Shown piece by piece: positions 52,063-64,000 of a stretch of 64,000 nucleotides of DNA. The notes beneath the pieces were generated by a model that was not told the origin of the DNA, ran no database searches, and saw only the letters and a list, made by a program, of their open reading frames with translations. Within the stretch, counting starts at the first letter, position 1, and each line of letters begins with the position of its first letter. The translations under genes and the position numbers were made by a program. Source of the stretch: Octopus vulgaris (Eukaryota); contig OX597830.1 of NCBI GenBank assembly GCA_951406725.2, positions 4,216,001 through 4,280,000 on the forward strand, read 5' to 3'.

Positions 52063-52947
52063 ATATATATATATATACACATATATATATATTGTTATTT
52101 GTAGATGTGTGTGTTGCATGTGTTTATATACTCAGAAATTTATGTGTGTGATTTTCTGTGTGTCAAAATATGTTTGTCTGGTTTGCTTTCCTCAAATGTA
52201 AACTTGCATATTGAATGCGATATCTAAAGCCCCAAAATCCTCTTTACTAATAGTATTACTTTCTCTTCATCATCATTCAGTTTTCCACTTTTATATATAA
52301 AAATATTCATAACCATGAATATTTCTTTTCTTCATTTTGATATTTTGTTTTTATAAAATAAAAATTTTAATAAGCCCTTTCAGGTATTGAACTTACCTCT
52401 GCTGCTTTGTTGTTTGTCCGATTTTGTATAATAGGAAGTGAAATAAAAAAAAGAATTAAGTATGAATGGAAATAGTAAGCATGCAAATAAAGAAAGAATA
52501 ATTTCACTTTGGTTGTTTGCCAAAGTTCAGTGCTGAAGAGTAGCAGAGGTTTGGGTTGGTGGTTTAGGCTGTGATTTATGTTGCTTTAGAAATAACTGGA
52601 TTGACTTGAAAGTTGCCAGTGAAATGGGGCAGTTCTGAGAACTAATCTATTATTTAGTAGAGAAAGAGAGCTGACCAACATAGGTTTATTGGAAGGAAAG
52701 AAATATTTCAATCTCGAATCAATAAAGAATATATTTGAAATGTGTAAAAATATGATAAGAAAAAGTAATAAAAAAACAACGGAGTACCAACTTTCTCTTT
52801 CTTTTGTTCTTTTGCAATCAGTTGGAATACGTCAACACATCAGAAAAAAAATGGATATGTGGAAATTTTGTACGATTTTTGAATAATAAATTTAGTTTTT
52901 CTGTTCCTATATATAATGTTAATGAGGTTTATAATAATAATGATAAT

Positions 52948-53150
52948 TCTTTCTAATTTGGACACAAGATCAGCTATTTTGGGCAGGAAGGAGGCATATC
53001 AATTACATTGACTCCAGTATTCAGCTGGTAGATTGAAATCGATCTGGAAAAGATGACAAGTAAAGTTGATCTTGGTGAGATTTGAACTCAGTGTGAAGAA
53101 TTGAAAGAAATGTTACCAAGCATTTTGTGTGAAATGCTAACAATCCTACC
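52948..53150 (-). mobile_element. SINE family B, diverged
   Basis: gacacaagatcagctatttt...ctccagtattcagctggta...gatttgaactcag...aagcatttt. Confidence 0.75.
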
Positions 53151-53174
53151 ATAATAATAATAATAATAATAATG

Positions 53175-53782
53175 ATTATTATTATTATTCCTTCATAACA
53201 CAGTGTAGGTGATAATGCACTGGAGTCTTTAGTTATCTGTCAAGTCACAACAAGGACCTTAGATAATACACTTTTACATTACCCTCTCGTATTCCATATA
53301 GTCTTGCCATTTCCACATTCAATTTGGAGTACTTCGGGATTTTTTCAACCTCTTTACTCACAATGTTCATGTAATTTTGGTATGGCTACATAATTGATTT
53401 GACAGTATTTGTCTCTCTTATTCAATATGACAATATCTGGCTGACAGTGTTCGATTACACGATCCGTCTGAAAATCATAGTCCCAGAGTATCATTACTTT
53501 TCCATCCTCCAGCATAACTTTATTTGGAACATGCTCATATCAATTCTCTCTTACTTCATATTGGTATTTATGGCATAAGAGCCAAGGAAGATTCACACAA
53601 ACTTTATTATAGCAGCACTTGTATTGTTTTTGTGCAAGGCTCTCACATCCACTTACCAAGTGGGTCGCGTTTTCCACACTCTTTCCACAGAGTCTGCATT
53701 TCTGGGTGTCAGAAGTTTTATAGATGTTATGCTTCACTGAATTGGTAGCAAGAGCCTGGTCTTGTGCAGCAATGATCAAGCT
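53175..53782 (-). mobile_element. R4/Dong-type LINE 3' relic (CCHC knuckle plus restriction-like endonuclease, (TAA)n tail)
   Basis: IIAAQDQALATN...KCRLCGKSVENATHLVSGCESLAQKQY...WLLCHKY...YEHVP...ILWDYDFQTDRVIEHCQPDIVI...EKIPKY; (ATT)n at 53175-53188. Confidence 0.9.
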
Positions 53783-55251
53783 TTTGGGTGATATGCACAG
53801 TTCAAGGGATTCATGAACAGTTTCGATAAGTTTAACTCAAGTCATAAGAATTCCTGTCTAACCCCGTCATTACGATGTCTTAAAAATCCAAGAATTTGAA
53901 CTCTTTCCACATCTGCTAATAAATTATAGTATAATAATATTAATAACATGGGTTTTTTTTAAATATATTGTAATTTGCATATTGATTAATTAGCATATTG
54001 GTTCATTTGCTTATTGGTAATCATGAGAAAGATTATGACTATCACATGAATTAATGCGTGTTTGCTCTGCAAATCACCACCATCACCACTGTTGCTGCCA
54101 CCACTTACCCATCACATCCACCACCACCATCACCATCCTAAAATGTTAGATATTTAGATATAAGAAGTTTCATGTGATGTAAGCTGCTCTACTTTGCTTG
54201 TGAATCTGAAAAGCATTTATGTTTTCAGGTAATTATCATCATCATTATCATCATCATCATCATCAACACCAACATCATCATCATTATCATATTACTACAG
54301 TAAGTTCAAGAGTTTTCTAGAAAAAAACTTGACATACTAGTAATGTGTAAAGAAAATTTTGCCACCAGTATTACATGTGCCAAACCAAAGTTTGGTACCG
54401 AAAAATGGTAGTTGCAAAAGAATGCTATACTAAAAGTTCTCTCCAACAAGTGTCTGAATCAATAGGACTATCGAACTTGCTTTAATGTAGACAAACTACA
54501 ATGAGTGGTCATAAATAAATCAAATTATTATAGATGTTGTCTAAAGATGATAGAATTATATCTGAGAGTAAAAATATAAAGAATTAAGAAAGTCAAAGGA
54601 TTATGTTTTATTCATAGAGCTTGTGAAAAACATATATTGTAGAATATTTACTACATTGGAATAAAATAATGATTGATCAAAAATTACTTAGACACCACTT
54701 CTGCATGGAAAACAAAGTGTTGGCTTGTTACTACCATATCTAATGTAGTTGATTTCCAACATTGAGGAGAAAAAATCCATTTAATGAATAATTTCAATCA
54801 AGGTATGAAGTGACTTAGAAATTCTAATTGCTGAAAAGTAATTAAAAGTTGAATTTGAACATGCAGGCTGTTTTAGCTTTCTCTCTTTTTAACTAATATA
54901 TATATAAATATAACACCCCCACACACATCTCCACCCCCATATAACTACCATTCCTTTCTCTGTTCCCATCACCTTCACCTCCCCACCGAATACACACAGA
55001 AATGCTGACATAACTTGATTGGCCTTCATACTGGTAAAAAGAGAAAAACATCCACCTGTGGTTCATCCACTAATGTTATATTGCCTGATGAAATGAATCC
55101 ATGATTACAGAAAGGTTGGAATATGTGACTTACTATAGAGGAGAGGCAGGGCTAACCGAGTAGGAAAAAAGAGATGAGGGTGGTGATGAGATGTCAGTGC
55201 AAGTCCTCAAGGAACAAGAGGCTGAATATGAAGTGGATGGAGACACACATA

Positions 55252-55575
55252 TATTCTTTTATTCTTTTACTTGTTTTAGTCATCTGACTGTGGCCATGCT
55301 GGAGCACTGTTTTGAAGGATTTTAGTCAAACAAATCAACTCCAGAACTTATTTTTTAAGCCCGGCACCTATTCTATTGGTTGTTTTTGATGAACCACTAA
55401 GTCATGGGGATGTAAACACACCAACACCAGTTGTCAACCAGTGATGAGGGACAAAAACTGACAGAAAGACATGCACATATTTATATACATATATAAATAT
55501 ACGATGGGCTTCTTTCAGTTTCTGTCTACCAAATCCACTCACAAGGCTTGAACCCAGAACCATGTGGCTGGAAGG
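55252..55575 (-). mobile_element. SINE family A (internal deletion near head)
   Basis: attcttttattcttttacttgtt...ggccatgctggagcac...cagtttctgtctaccaaatccactcacaaggct-tgaacccagaaccatgtgg. Confidence 0.9.
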
Positions 55576-55665
55576 CAATTATGTGTATATATATAATTAT
55601 GAATATAAATATATATATATATATATAAACACACACACAGACACGCACACACACACACATATATA

Positions 55666-56030
55666 TAGCTTGCTTACCAACCACATGGTTCTGGGTTCAG
55701 TCCCACTGCATGTCACCTTGGGCAAGTGTCTTCTACTATAGCCTTGGGCTGACCAAGGCCTTGTGGGTGTAGTTGGTTGGCAGAAACTAAAAGAAGCCCA
55801 TCATATATATATATGTATGTTTGTATGTCTGTTTGTCCCCCTACCTTCACTTGACAACCAATGCTGGTGTGTTTGCATCCCTGTAAGTTAGTGGTTCAGC
55901 AAAATGGGGCTGATAGAATACGTACTAGGCTTACAAAGAATAAGTCCTAGGGTCAGTTTGTTTGACTAAAGGTGGTGCTCCAGCATAGCTGCAGCTAAAT
56001 GACTGAAACAAATAAAAGAATAAAAGAATA
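55666..56030 (+). mobile_element. SINE family A, inverted relative to 55252-55575
   Basis: tagcttgcttaccaaccacatggttctgggttcagtcccactg...tgactgaaacaaataaaagaataaaagaat. Confidence 0.9.
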
Positions 56031-56054
56031 TATATATATAATGTATGTGATACA

Positions 56055-56326
56055 GTAGTTGTGATACCAGTGCTGGTGGGCATGTAAAAAGCACCATCCG
56101 AATGTGGCCATTGCCAGCGCCGCCTTGGCTGGCTTCTGTGCCAGTGGCACATAAAAAGCACCCACAACACTCACCGAGTGGTTGGCGTCAGGAAGGGCAT
56201 CCAGCTGTAGAAACACTGCCAGATCAGACTGGAGCTTGGTGCAGCCTCCTGGCTTCCCAGACCCCAGTCAAACCATCCAACCCATGCTAGCATGGAAAAC
56301 GGACGTTAAACGATGATGATGATGAT
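56055..56326 (+). mobile_element. SINE family C
   Basis: Two ggca..taaaaagcacc modules, then ggttggcgtcaggaagggcatccagctgtagaaac...aacggacgttaaac(gat)n. Confidence 0.9.
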
Positions 56327-59300
56327 GTGATAGTTGATAGTGTGCATCATCATCACCCAAATGATGCCTGTATTGTTTTTAGCCTTCTATGAAATCATCT
56401 CCAGTCAAAAGGAAATATTACATTGCTTGGAAACAATTGAAGATTGGCAAATTGAAAGGCAGCCGATCATAGAAAAACTGCCTCAGCAAATTATCTTTGA
56501 TTCATAGAAGCATGGAAAAAAGGATGTTGAAACAATGATGATAATCTTGTTAAGAAATGGGGAAATATATAAACAAATTATGCAAAGTCTACAGAATATC
56601 AGTCTTCTGCCTGCAACATGAATGTGTGTGAGTGTTGTAATAAGCAGAATTCAATGGAAACGGTTGTGGTTTGTGTTGGGAAAAATTAATCCATCAGAAA
56701 GTTCATAGAGAAATTCTTTGGACTGTTGTGTCACGTGGAGTGAAAGGAATTGATGTTTTTGGCACTTGATCTTCTTCTGAGCCAGATATAATATATTAAG
56801 AAAAAATTATGTCAAATACATAAAAATTTGTAAAGATATATAAAAAATACATAAGATGTTGTTGCTTTAGTCACAAAATTAATTGAATAAACGATATGAG
56901 TGATGTGGTGGAAGAATAGGCAATTGAAGTGTTTATGCTGTACAATGGTGGTGGGGGGGGTAATTAGTGGGAGGTGGGGAGTGGGGGTATAGATTGTAAG
57001 AAGATTGAGACTGATTGAAATGGAAGATGGGTGATGATGGCCAGATGATGTGAGGAGCGAGGTAAGTGAAAATGGAGAAGAAAGAGAAAAGATGGAGGGA
57101 AGGACATACATTTACGCACACGCATACATATTCATAAAAGTACATGTAGTATCATACATGATGGAGAGGGCCAAGGAATTTTGATCAGTACAGATAAGCA
57201 GGCTTTATTTTAATAACTAATTCTGGACATGAAAAGCAAAGGAGACAAATTTGGAATTCAAATTAAAATTATATTTAGAATTCAATGGTAAGATGAGTTT
57301 GCTGTTTGACAGTATGGGAGACAATTCAACATCTTTCATTCATATTAGACCTCATCGATAAAACATAGTTTGTTACAAGTCACAATCACTCATATCCTAC
57401 ATTCTGGACATGTCACCTAAATAAGAAGAATTGTTATAAGAACTAAGTTTTACTTTGGCTTCACATTATGCAGCAACAAGCAATGAATAGTAAAAAATAT
57501 ATATATGGAAGCACATAAGTGAACAGCCAACCTATTACCAAACAAGTAAATCTCTGTATTTGACTGGCATCAATGGTATATCTGTAGAATATAATGGCAG
57601 TAGCAGTTCCTGAATGTCTTGAACACAGATCTACTTCAATGGAAAATAACTTGCAGTGAAATATGTTTACGTAGTCAGTATTTTTAATGCAATAAACAAC
57701 AGCGAAAGGAGATTATGTCTCTATTATTAGACATCAACAAATGAAAAAAAAAATCTCCAAGTTTATTTGAGAATATTGAAGGATTTCAAGGAATTTATAA
57801 ATTATAAGAACTAATATGTATTGCTGAGCTGGTGGGGGAAGATGTTTTATTATTATTATTTGTTTGTTTGTTTGTTTTTGGAAGGATTTATAGACAGTAA
57901 TCAAATAATTATCCATTTGGAATTTATATTCCATAAAACTAAAACAACTCTTTATTGTGTAAAGGCATTTCAAAAAAATTATTTTTGATAATACATGTCT
58001 AGTCTAATCCTTTATTGAAAATCCAGACATCTTCAGTCCTTCTTGAATGTACAAAAATAGTTAAACCTGCTCTTCTGAAAATAAAATGTTTGATTGAAAT
58101 CGTTCTCTGGAGAACGTTATCATTTACAAACATTTCTTGCAAACTTCACATTAAAACTCGAAAGTAGTAACAAGGTCAAATTAAATCATTAATATTTGTT
58201 AAATGATAATGAAGATGATAAAGCAGCTCTGCTACATAGCTAGTGATTGGTTTGTTATTCAATCTAGAAAAGATGTCAGATAACTGAAACGGAATTTTAC
58301 TATTGGCTGAAAAATAAATGAATTACATACTGTTGAGCTTTGTTTATCAACAATATACAATTCTGATCTTTGGCAAATCTGTTTCACATCTATGTCAGCT
58401 TGCTTTGCCTTAACAGTCCTAATTTTCTTGTAAGGTAACTACCACGATTCACATGTTTGTTTTATCATTCCCATCTAAAGAGGTGAAAAAAAAACTGTAT
58501 ATATCTAATAGGAAAAAGAGATAATATGAAATAAATTATTTTGCTGAGAAGAAGTCAACATTTCAAGAAGGACCTCTCACTGGAGGAAAATGAAATGTTT
58601 ACTTGTAGCACTGGCTGACTTGATAAGGCATGTGTGTATGTGTGTGTGTGTGGTGTGTGAGAGAGAGAGAGAGAATTGTATTTAGGAAAATAAATTATTT
58701 TGCTTTCAAATTTTGGAATGTCGATTACTTTCCTCTAAGTCTTGGAGGTTTGCAAGGATCTTCCCCTTTCTTACATTATCTCCACCAAAAGTTGCTCCTT
58801 TTATTATTAATTATTTGATTAATTAATTAAATTATTTATATATTAAGATAGTAAAAGATTATATTTAATTTATGTTGCTTTGTGGTTTGAGTTCTAGAAT
58901 TGCCAAAGACAACTTTGCATGGCATTTTTTACAAGACTGAAAAGATAAAGTACCAGTAAAATACTGGGTGGATAATGTAATCTGCAATACCCTTCCTCCA
59001 ATATCTGTGACCTTCTATACATATCAGAAATCAATATTATAGAAACAACAAAGAGCAATTAGAGACAATCACATGGACCCCATGTGTTAACGATGTCTAA
59101 TACTGTTTACTAATTGCAAGTGGAATAATGAATATCATGTGGTGTCGTAAACTATAAAGATACATCATGGCATAAATGGTTAGTTTTAGAACACACTGGT
59201 TCTCTGTGTGTACTCTGTGTGTACTGTTTGTCTTGTAGTAACTCTCCTCAGAACAGCTTATTATTAGAAACTTAGACCCAGCGTGCTGCTTTCACTTAAT

Positions 59301-61709
59301 ACTACGATGATCTTTACATCAAAACTACATTTAACAGCATAAACATTTTGTCAAATAATCATTCTCCTCATCCACCCTTTTCTATCACAGTTTCCATTCT
59401 ACTCCAGGTTATTTAGTTTTGAAAAATCACACAAATATTTCATGTCTAATAGCATTAAAAGTTTTCAGTTCATAGTTTTCTCTAATATAATCTGGTGAAA
59501 TAATATAGAATGGTGTAATATTTTCACCCCAAAAAAAAAGCTGCCATCTTTTCTGCATGTGTATCCCAACAGTTGCTATTTTAGGTTTCAGTTGGTGCCA
59601 TTAGCTAATAGGAATGATAACATTGCAAAGCGCATTTAATTTGTGTACGGCTGATATGTTTATATAATAATTTTAGCCATGTTAATGTGTGTGGGTGCAT
59701 ATGTGTGTGTAATGTATAATTCAGTAGGTATAACTTAATACATCATGGAAATATATTTTATCATCTGTCTGTCTACATTTGCTTTCCAATCCCAACTTTT
59801 TGGTGTATACTCAGTGCCAAGCAGAGTGTTAAATGGCTGCCTTCAAGAAAAACAATTCACAGAGAGCAACCTTTGCTTCCAAACAGAGTCGCTCTGTTTA
59901 TACAATGGCTTCCTTCCTCTTCGAGGTTGGTAAATGGATTTGAATTGTCTTGGCATGCTGCCAATATCTAAGTGATTGGTCTGTACACATTGGATTACAA
60001 GACATTAACTACTTCTAGTAAATTAGATGTTGGCTCACATTTCATGAGACAAATATCTTTCTCTGTGATGTGCACTTCTAGTCGACATAGTCGTAGCCAC
60101 TTATAGGATCCAAAAATGTGGCATCAAAGAAACAGAATGTTAGTAAAGGCAGATGAATTCAATGACTGAATCCTAGAAATGATTAACTTGGTGTAGAAGA
60201 ACCAAAGAGGAAACGCATTCTTTGACTTTGGAAATTATTTCATTCAAATATTTATTATGTTGCTCACAGATTTTCTTTCATTAGCTTCTTTTTTGTAGCT
60301 TTACTCTTAGAAATGTCAGCACTGTGTGAAGCAATACCAGTGGTAACATTGCGGTATTGTTCATTGCGTTACCTAATTTACCAGCATGACGGAATAAAAA
60401 AATTGGTAGAGTGGCAGAGCAGAAGAATTGCTAAAGAAAATGTCTTGCAGTGTATATTTACATTTCTTTTACATTCCAAATTCATATCTTGTTAATCTTG
60501 ATTTTTTTTATTCTTTCAGAACAAACAAAATACAATACCAGTTACATACTGGTGTTGGCTTCACTCTATGACTGTGCTCTTATGTTAGAAATCAATGCTG
60601 TTTAATATAATTATTTCACAATAATTATTCCTATGCATGACTATGCTCTTGTAGCAGCAGTCACTGTTAGAACTCACTGTGCAGTATTCACTGAATTAAA
60701 TTTACAAACATTTCAACATTTGTTTCAAGTTATCTCATCTAAAAGTTAGTCTTAACTATATTCTTTTTTTTTTATTTATTCATTAATATTTACATTGAAT
60801 TAGTGCAGAAGATATGCTCAAATTATTGTTGTTTGGACGTCCATTTTCCCTTGACAGTATGGTTTGGATAACACACCAACAGGATATTAGGTTTTGATGC
60901 AAAGCTGAGGGAATTTCGCTTCCATATGAAAAAGAAACATATCTAACATCTAACTTATTGATGTCTACATTCATTCCAGTTAAAAGGTTTTATAATCAAG
61001 AAAGATCCTTTCCAAACTTTCCATTTCTCTCGACATTTTTGGATTTAATGTTTTTACAACAATTGCCTCTCTTTCTAAGAATATAAAAGAATGAATTTTC
61101 TGCAAATGTTATTAGCTTATTATCTTACCAATTATATTAAAGGTTATTTGTTGTGTTTCTTTGGAACAGATAAATCTATTTCAGCCAGAATAGTTCCTGC
61201 AATGTTACTTTCTTCACCTTGTTCTTCTAGTGAAAGAATAGATTTACTGTAAACATATTAATCAGCTTCAATGATCAGTATTATATTATGGAGTTTAACA
61301 GTTCACGGTGATGCAACTGGGTGCTGTGTGTTTTTATCAGTTTGCATATTTCTGTATAAGATATCAGAAAAACCCTATATAGATGGGTGACTCTGTACAA
61401 ACGGCAGCACTGTATTACTCAGATGCTGTGCAGATGAGAAGTTTGCTGTTAATAAGGTAAAAAATCAACAGAGATCATCTTTCAGTGATCTTTATGCATT
61501 AATGAGATTTTGAATGTTTGTAACGAGTAACTACAGGGAACATTTTCAAAGTTTCTGTGTGAAATACATAAAAGTATATAACACGGAAACTGTATATATA
61601 AAAGAAACCCTTTTTATTATATATACCCCTGCTTCTTGGATTACAGGTTACCAGCAGTGAAAGAGAGTTAAAGATTTTAATATTTGCTTATGAAACTTCT
61701 TTTGCTTCA

Positions 61710-61935
61710 TCTTTTATCTTTCCTTGTTTCAGTCATTAGACTCTGGCCACACTGGGGCACCACCTTGAAGAATTTTAGCTGTAAGAGTCAATCCAGTACT
61801 AATTTCTTTAAGCCTAAAATTTATTTTATTAGTCTCTTTTGCCAAATCACTAAGTTATGGGTATTTGAGTACACCAACTGCAGTTATCAAGTGGTAGTGA
61901 GGGAAAAAACACCCTCACACATGGACACACACACA
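61710..61935 (-). mobile_element. SINE family A, 3' half
   Basis: cttgtttcagtcattagactctggccacactggggcaccaccttgaag...ctaagttatgg. Confidence 0.75.
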
Positions 61936-61940
61936 CAAGA

Positions 61941-62804
61941 ATGCATACAAATATATACACAAAGAGAAGACTTATGGCAGAACCCCTTACATCCTAGAAA
62001 GGGCAGTTAAACCCAACCATGAAAAATAATTCTAAAGGTACACCGATAAAGCACTAGAATGAAAGGAATTATTATTTTTAGTTAATCCCAAACTCGAGTT
62101 TCCCTATAAATTAATTTGTACGTCAGTGGGATCGCTAAAACAATGCATAATTATATAGCAATAATACGTACCAAATAAACATGTGCAAGCTATATCCTTA
62201 TAACATTGTAGATTCAAATCAAGCATGCAGGTGCATTCACATAGCCAGGAGCAAATAATTTTTAAAAACTGCATACTATAAGCCTCAGAATTAGGAAGTT
62301 TTACTGTGTAAATCATAAGGATAAAAAAAATGAGAATAATTTATTACCAGTGATTTGCATGCATAATAAAAGTCATAAGACAACATATTTTCATATATAA
62401 TGGTGCATATAGATATAGTGAAGACCTGCAGCAGGACTCTTTACAGACTAGAAAGGGCAGTTAAACTGAATCATGAACAAATAATTCTAAAGGCACACCA
62501 ATAAAGCACTAGAATGAAAGGAATTATTATTTTAAACTCGAGTTTCCCTATTAATGAGCAAATAAATTAATTTGTCATCTGTAATAATAATTCCTTTCAT
62601 TCTAGTGCTTCGCCTTTAGAATTATGCTTTCGTGGTTGGGTTTAACTGGCCTTTCTAGCATGTAAGGAGTCCTGCCATAGGTCTTCTCATTGTGTATATA
62701 TCTATATGCACTCTTATATATGAGAATATGTTGTCTTATGGCTTTTATTATGCATGCGAACCACTGGTAATAAGTTATTCTAATTTTTCCCCTCATGATT
62801 TACA
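61941..62804. repeat. Composite direct (~450-bp period) plus inverted (~225-bp arms) repeat with two HHR-like motifs on the minus strand
   Basis: 61966-62118 repeats at 62420-62574; 62307-62534 is inverted at 62582-62804; GAAACTCGAGTT motifs lie at 62102-62091 and 62546-62535 (minus). Confidence 0.9.
62085..62132 (-). ncRNA. Hammerhead-like motif (type I, palindromic stem III)
   Basis: ATCCCA-CTGACG(T)A-caaattaatttatagg-GAAA-CTCGAG-T-T|TGGGAT. Stem I is a perfect 6 bp in exact register; stem II is weak. Confidence 0.6.
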
Positions 62805-62805
62805 G

Positions 62806-62881
<76 letters not shown>

Positions 62882-63102
62882 ATGTATAACCATTTTGCAA
62901 TTGGTTATTCTCCTTAATTCTAACCACACTGTTTAAGAAGTAAAATTAGTTAATTTTGGCTACAGAAAACTATTAGTATATACTATTTTATAGAACCATG
63001 CGTATAGGAAATTATATTGAGAAACATTCTGATAGAACCATACATACTATTTGATAGAAACAGCATTGAACGAATCAAAGAAAACTGTATTAAAGAACAT
63101 CT

Positions 63103-63222
63103 TGTCAACTTTGCTTTTCATCCTTTTGGAGTCGATAGAATAAGTACCAGTTGAGTACTGGGGTTGATGTAATCGATTTGGCCCTCCCCAGAATTTGCTG
63201 GCCTTCTGCCAAAATTTGAAAC
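63103..63222 (+). mobile_element. SINE family B, 3' part
   Basis: gtcaactttgcttttcatccttttggagtcgatagaataagtaccagttgagtactggggttgatgtaatcga...gccaaaatttgaaa. Confidence 0.85.
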
Positions 63223-63874
63223 CACTATGAATTCGTGGTCGAAGAGCCACTGGACAAATTCTTTATGCATGCAAGCCACAACATCTCCAGCCTGTGATTG
63301 AAACAGGATTATTGATTTACTCTGAAGAACGAAATTTCCACAAAGCAAATTCTTGAAAAATATTCATGCTAAAATATCTTTGAATCAAAAATATTAATAG
63401 TCAAATATAAAAGCAAATGTGTGCGTGTGGTAGGGTGGTGGCTGTAGGTGTGTGTAAAAACAGAGAATAGCTTTCTTCCTTCTTATAGGAATTTTCTCCC
63501 GATAAACTGTGATATGATAAGTTTTTCTAACATTTTGTGTTTGGAAAGAACTGATAACCAGAATGTTTTAGAAAAACATATTCTTAAACTGATGTGAGGT
63601 AGAATTAATAAAAAACATTTCTGCTCTATCTTGTGTATGTTTCTTTTAGTATATGTTTCTTTTAGTTTATCAATTAATATAACTTACTAAAGAGATAGGC
63701 AGGTTTGAGGAGGTGGGGAGGGAGGTGCCGGTGATGGTACCAATTCTATAAATTGCTTTGAAAAAGATATGCTGCGTAAATCTCTGTAGTAAACTCTATA
63801 GAACATAACTCTGTGGTGCTACTTGCTGTCCCCAAGCTCCCATTTCAATTCTGATACTGTAATAACAACAACTA

Positions 63875-63902
63875 TAATAATAATTATGTTTCTATAATAA
63901 TA

Positions 63903-63941
<39 letters not shown>

Positions 63942-63970
63942 TCACCACCATCGTCATTATCATCATCGTA
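63875..63970. repeat. (AAT)n/(CAT)n microsatellite
   Basis: Directly visible. Confidence 0.9.
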
Positions 63971-64000
63971 ATGTGTTTGTGTATATTTCTATACAGATAC

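Noticed and set aside
55085-55120. CTGATGA...GAAA spacing
   Set aside because: No convincing stems II or III; likely chance in AT-rich DNA.
615-63348. Numerous 60-180 aa ORFs rich in YI/CV/HT/L/F repeats
   Set aside because: They are translations of (TA)n, (TG)n and trinucleotide microsatellites or of SINE bodies, not genes.

Overview
AT-rich, microsatellite-laden animal genomic DNA. The SINE families, (TA)n/(CA)n/(AAT)n density and LINE relics suggest an octopus-like cephalopod (inference). No host protein-coding gene is confidently visible, and almost all listed ORFs are microsatellite or repeat read-throughs. The window is a transposon mosaic. It holds one young 5'-truncated CR1-group LINE with an uninterrupted RT frame (11897-13255, minus) and decayed relics of Penelope-like (GIY-YIG), RTE, R4/Dong, HERO-like and probably L1/Tx1 retroelements. 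It also holds a DD37D (maT) and a DD37E Tc1-like transposase relic, TTAA-flanked MITEs, and roughly 35-40 copies or fragments of four SINE families. The most notable signal is a set of minimal hammerhead-ribozyme (HHR) motifs: one downstream of a Penelope GIY-YIG relic, others at the turn of long fold-back repeats or in short cassettes inserted into (TA)n tracts. This points to ribozyme-processed, non-autonomous Penelope/retrozyme-like elements. All calls were made by eye. Relic boundaries are approximate and family assignments rest on recalled motifs, not database searches.
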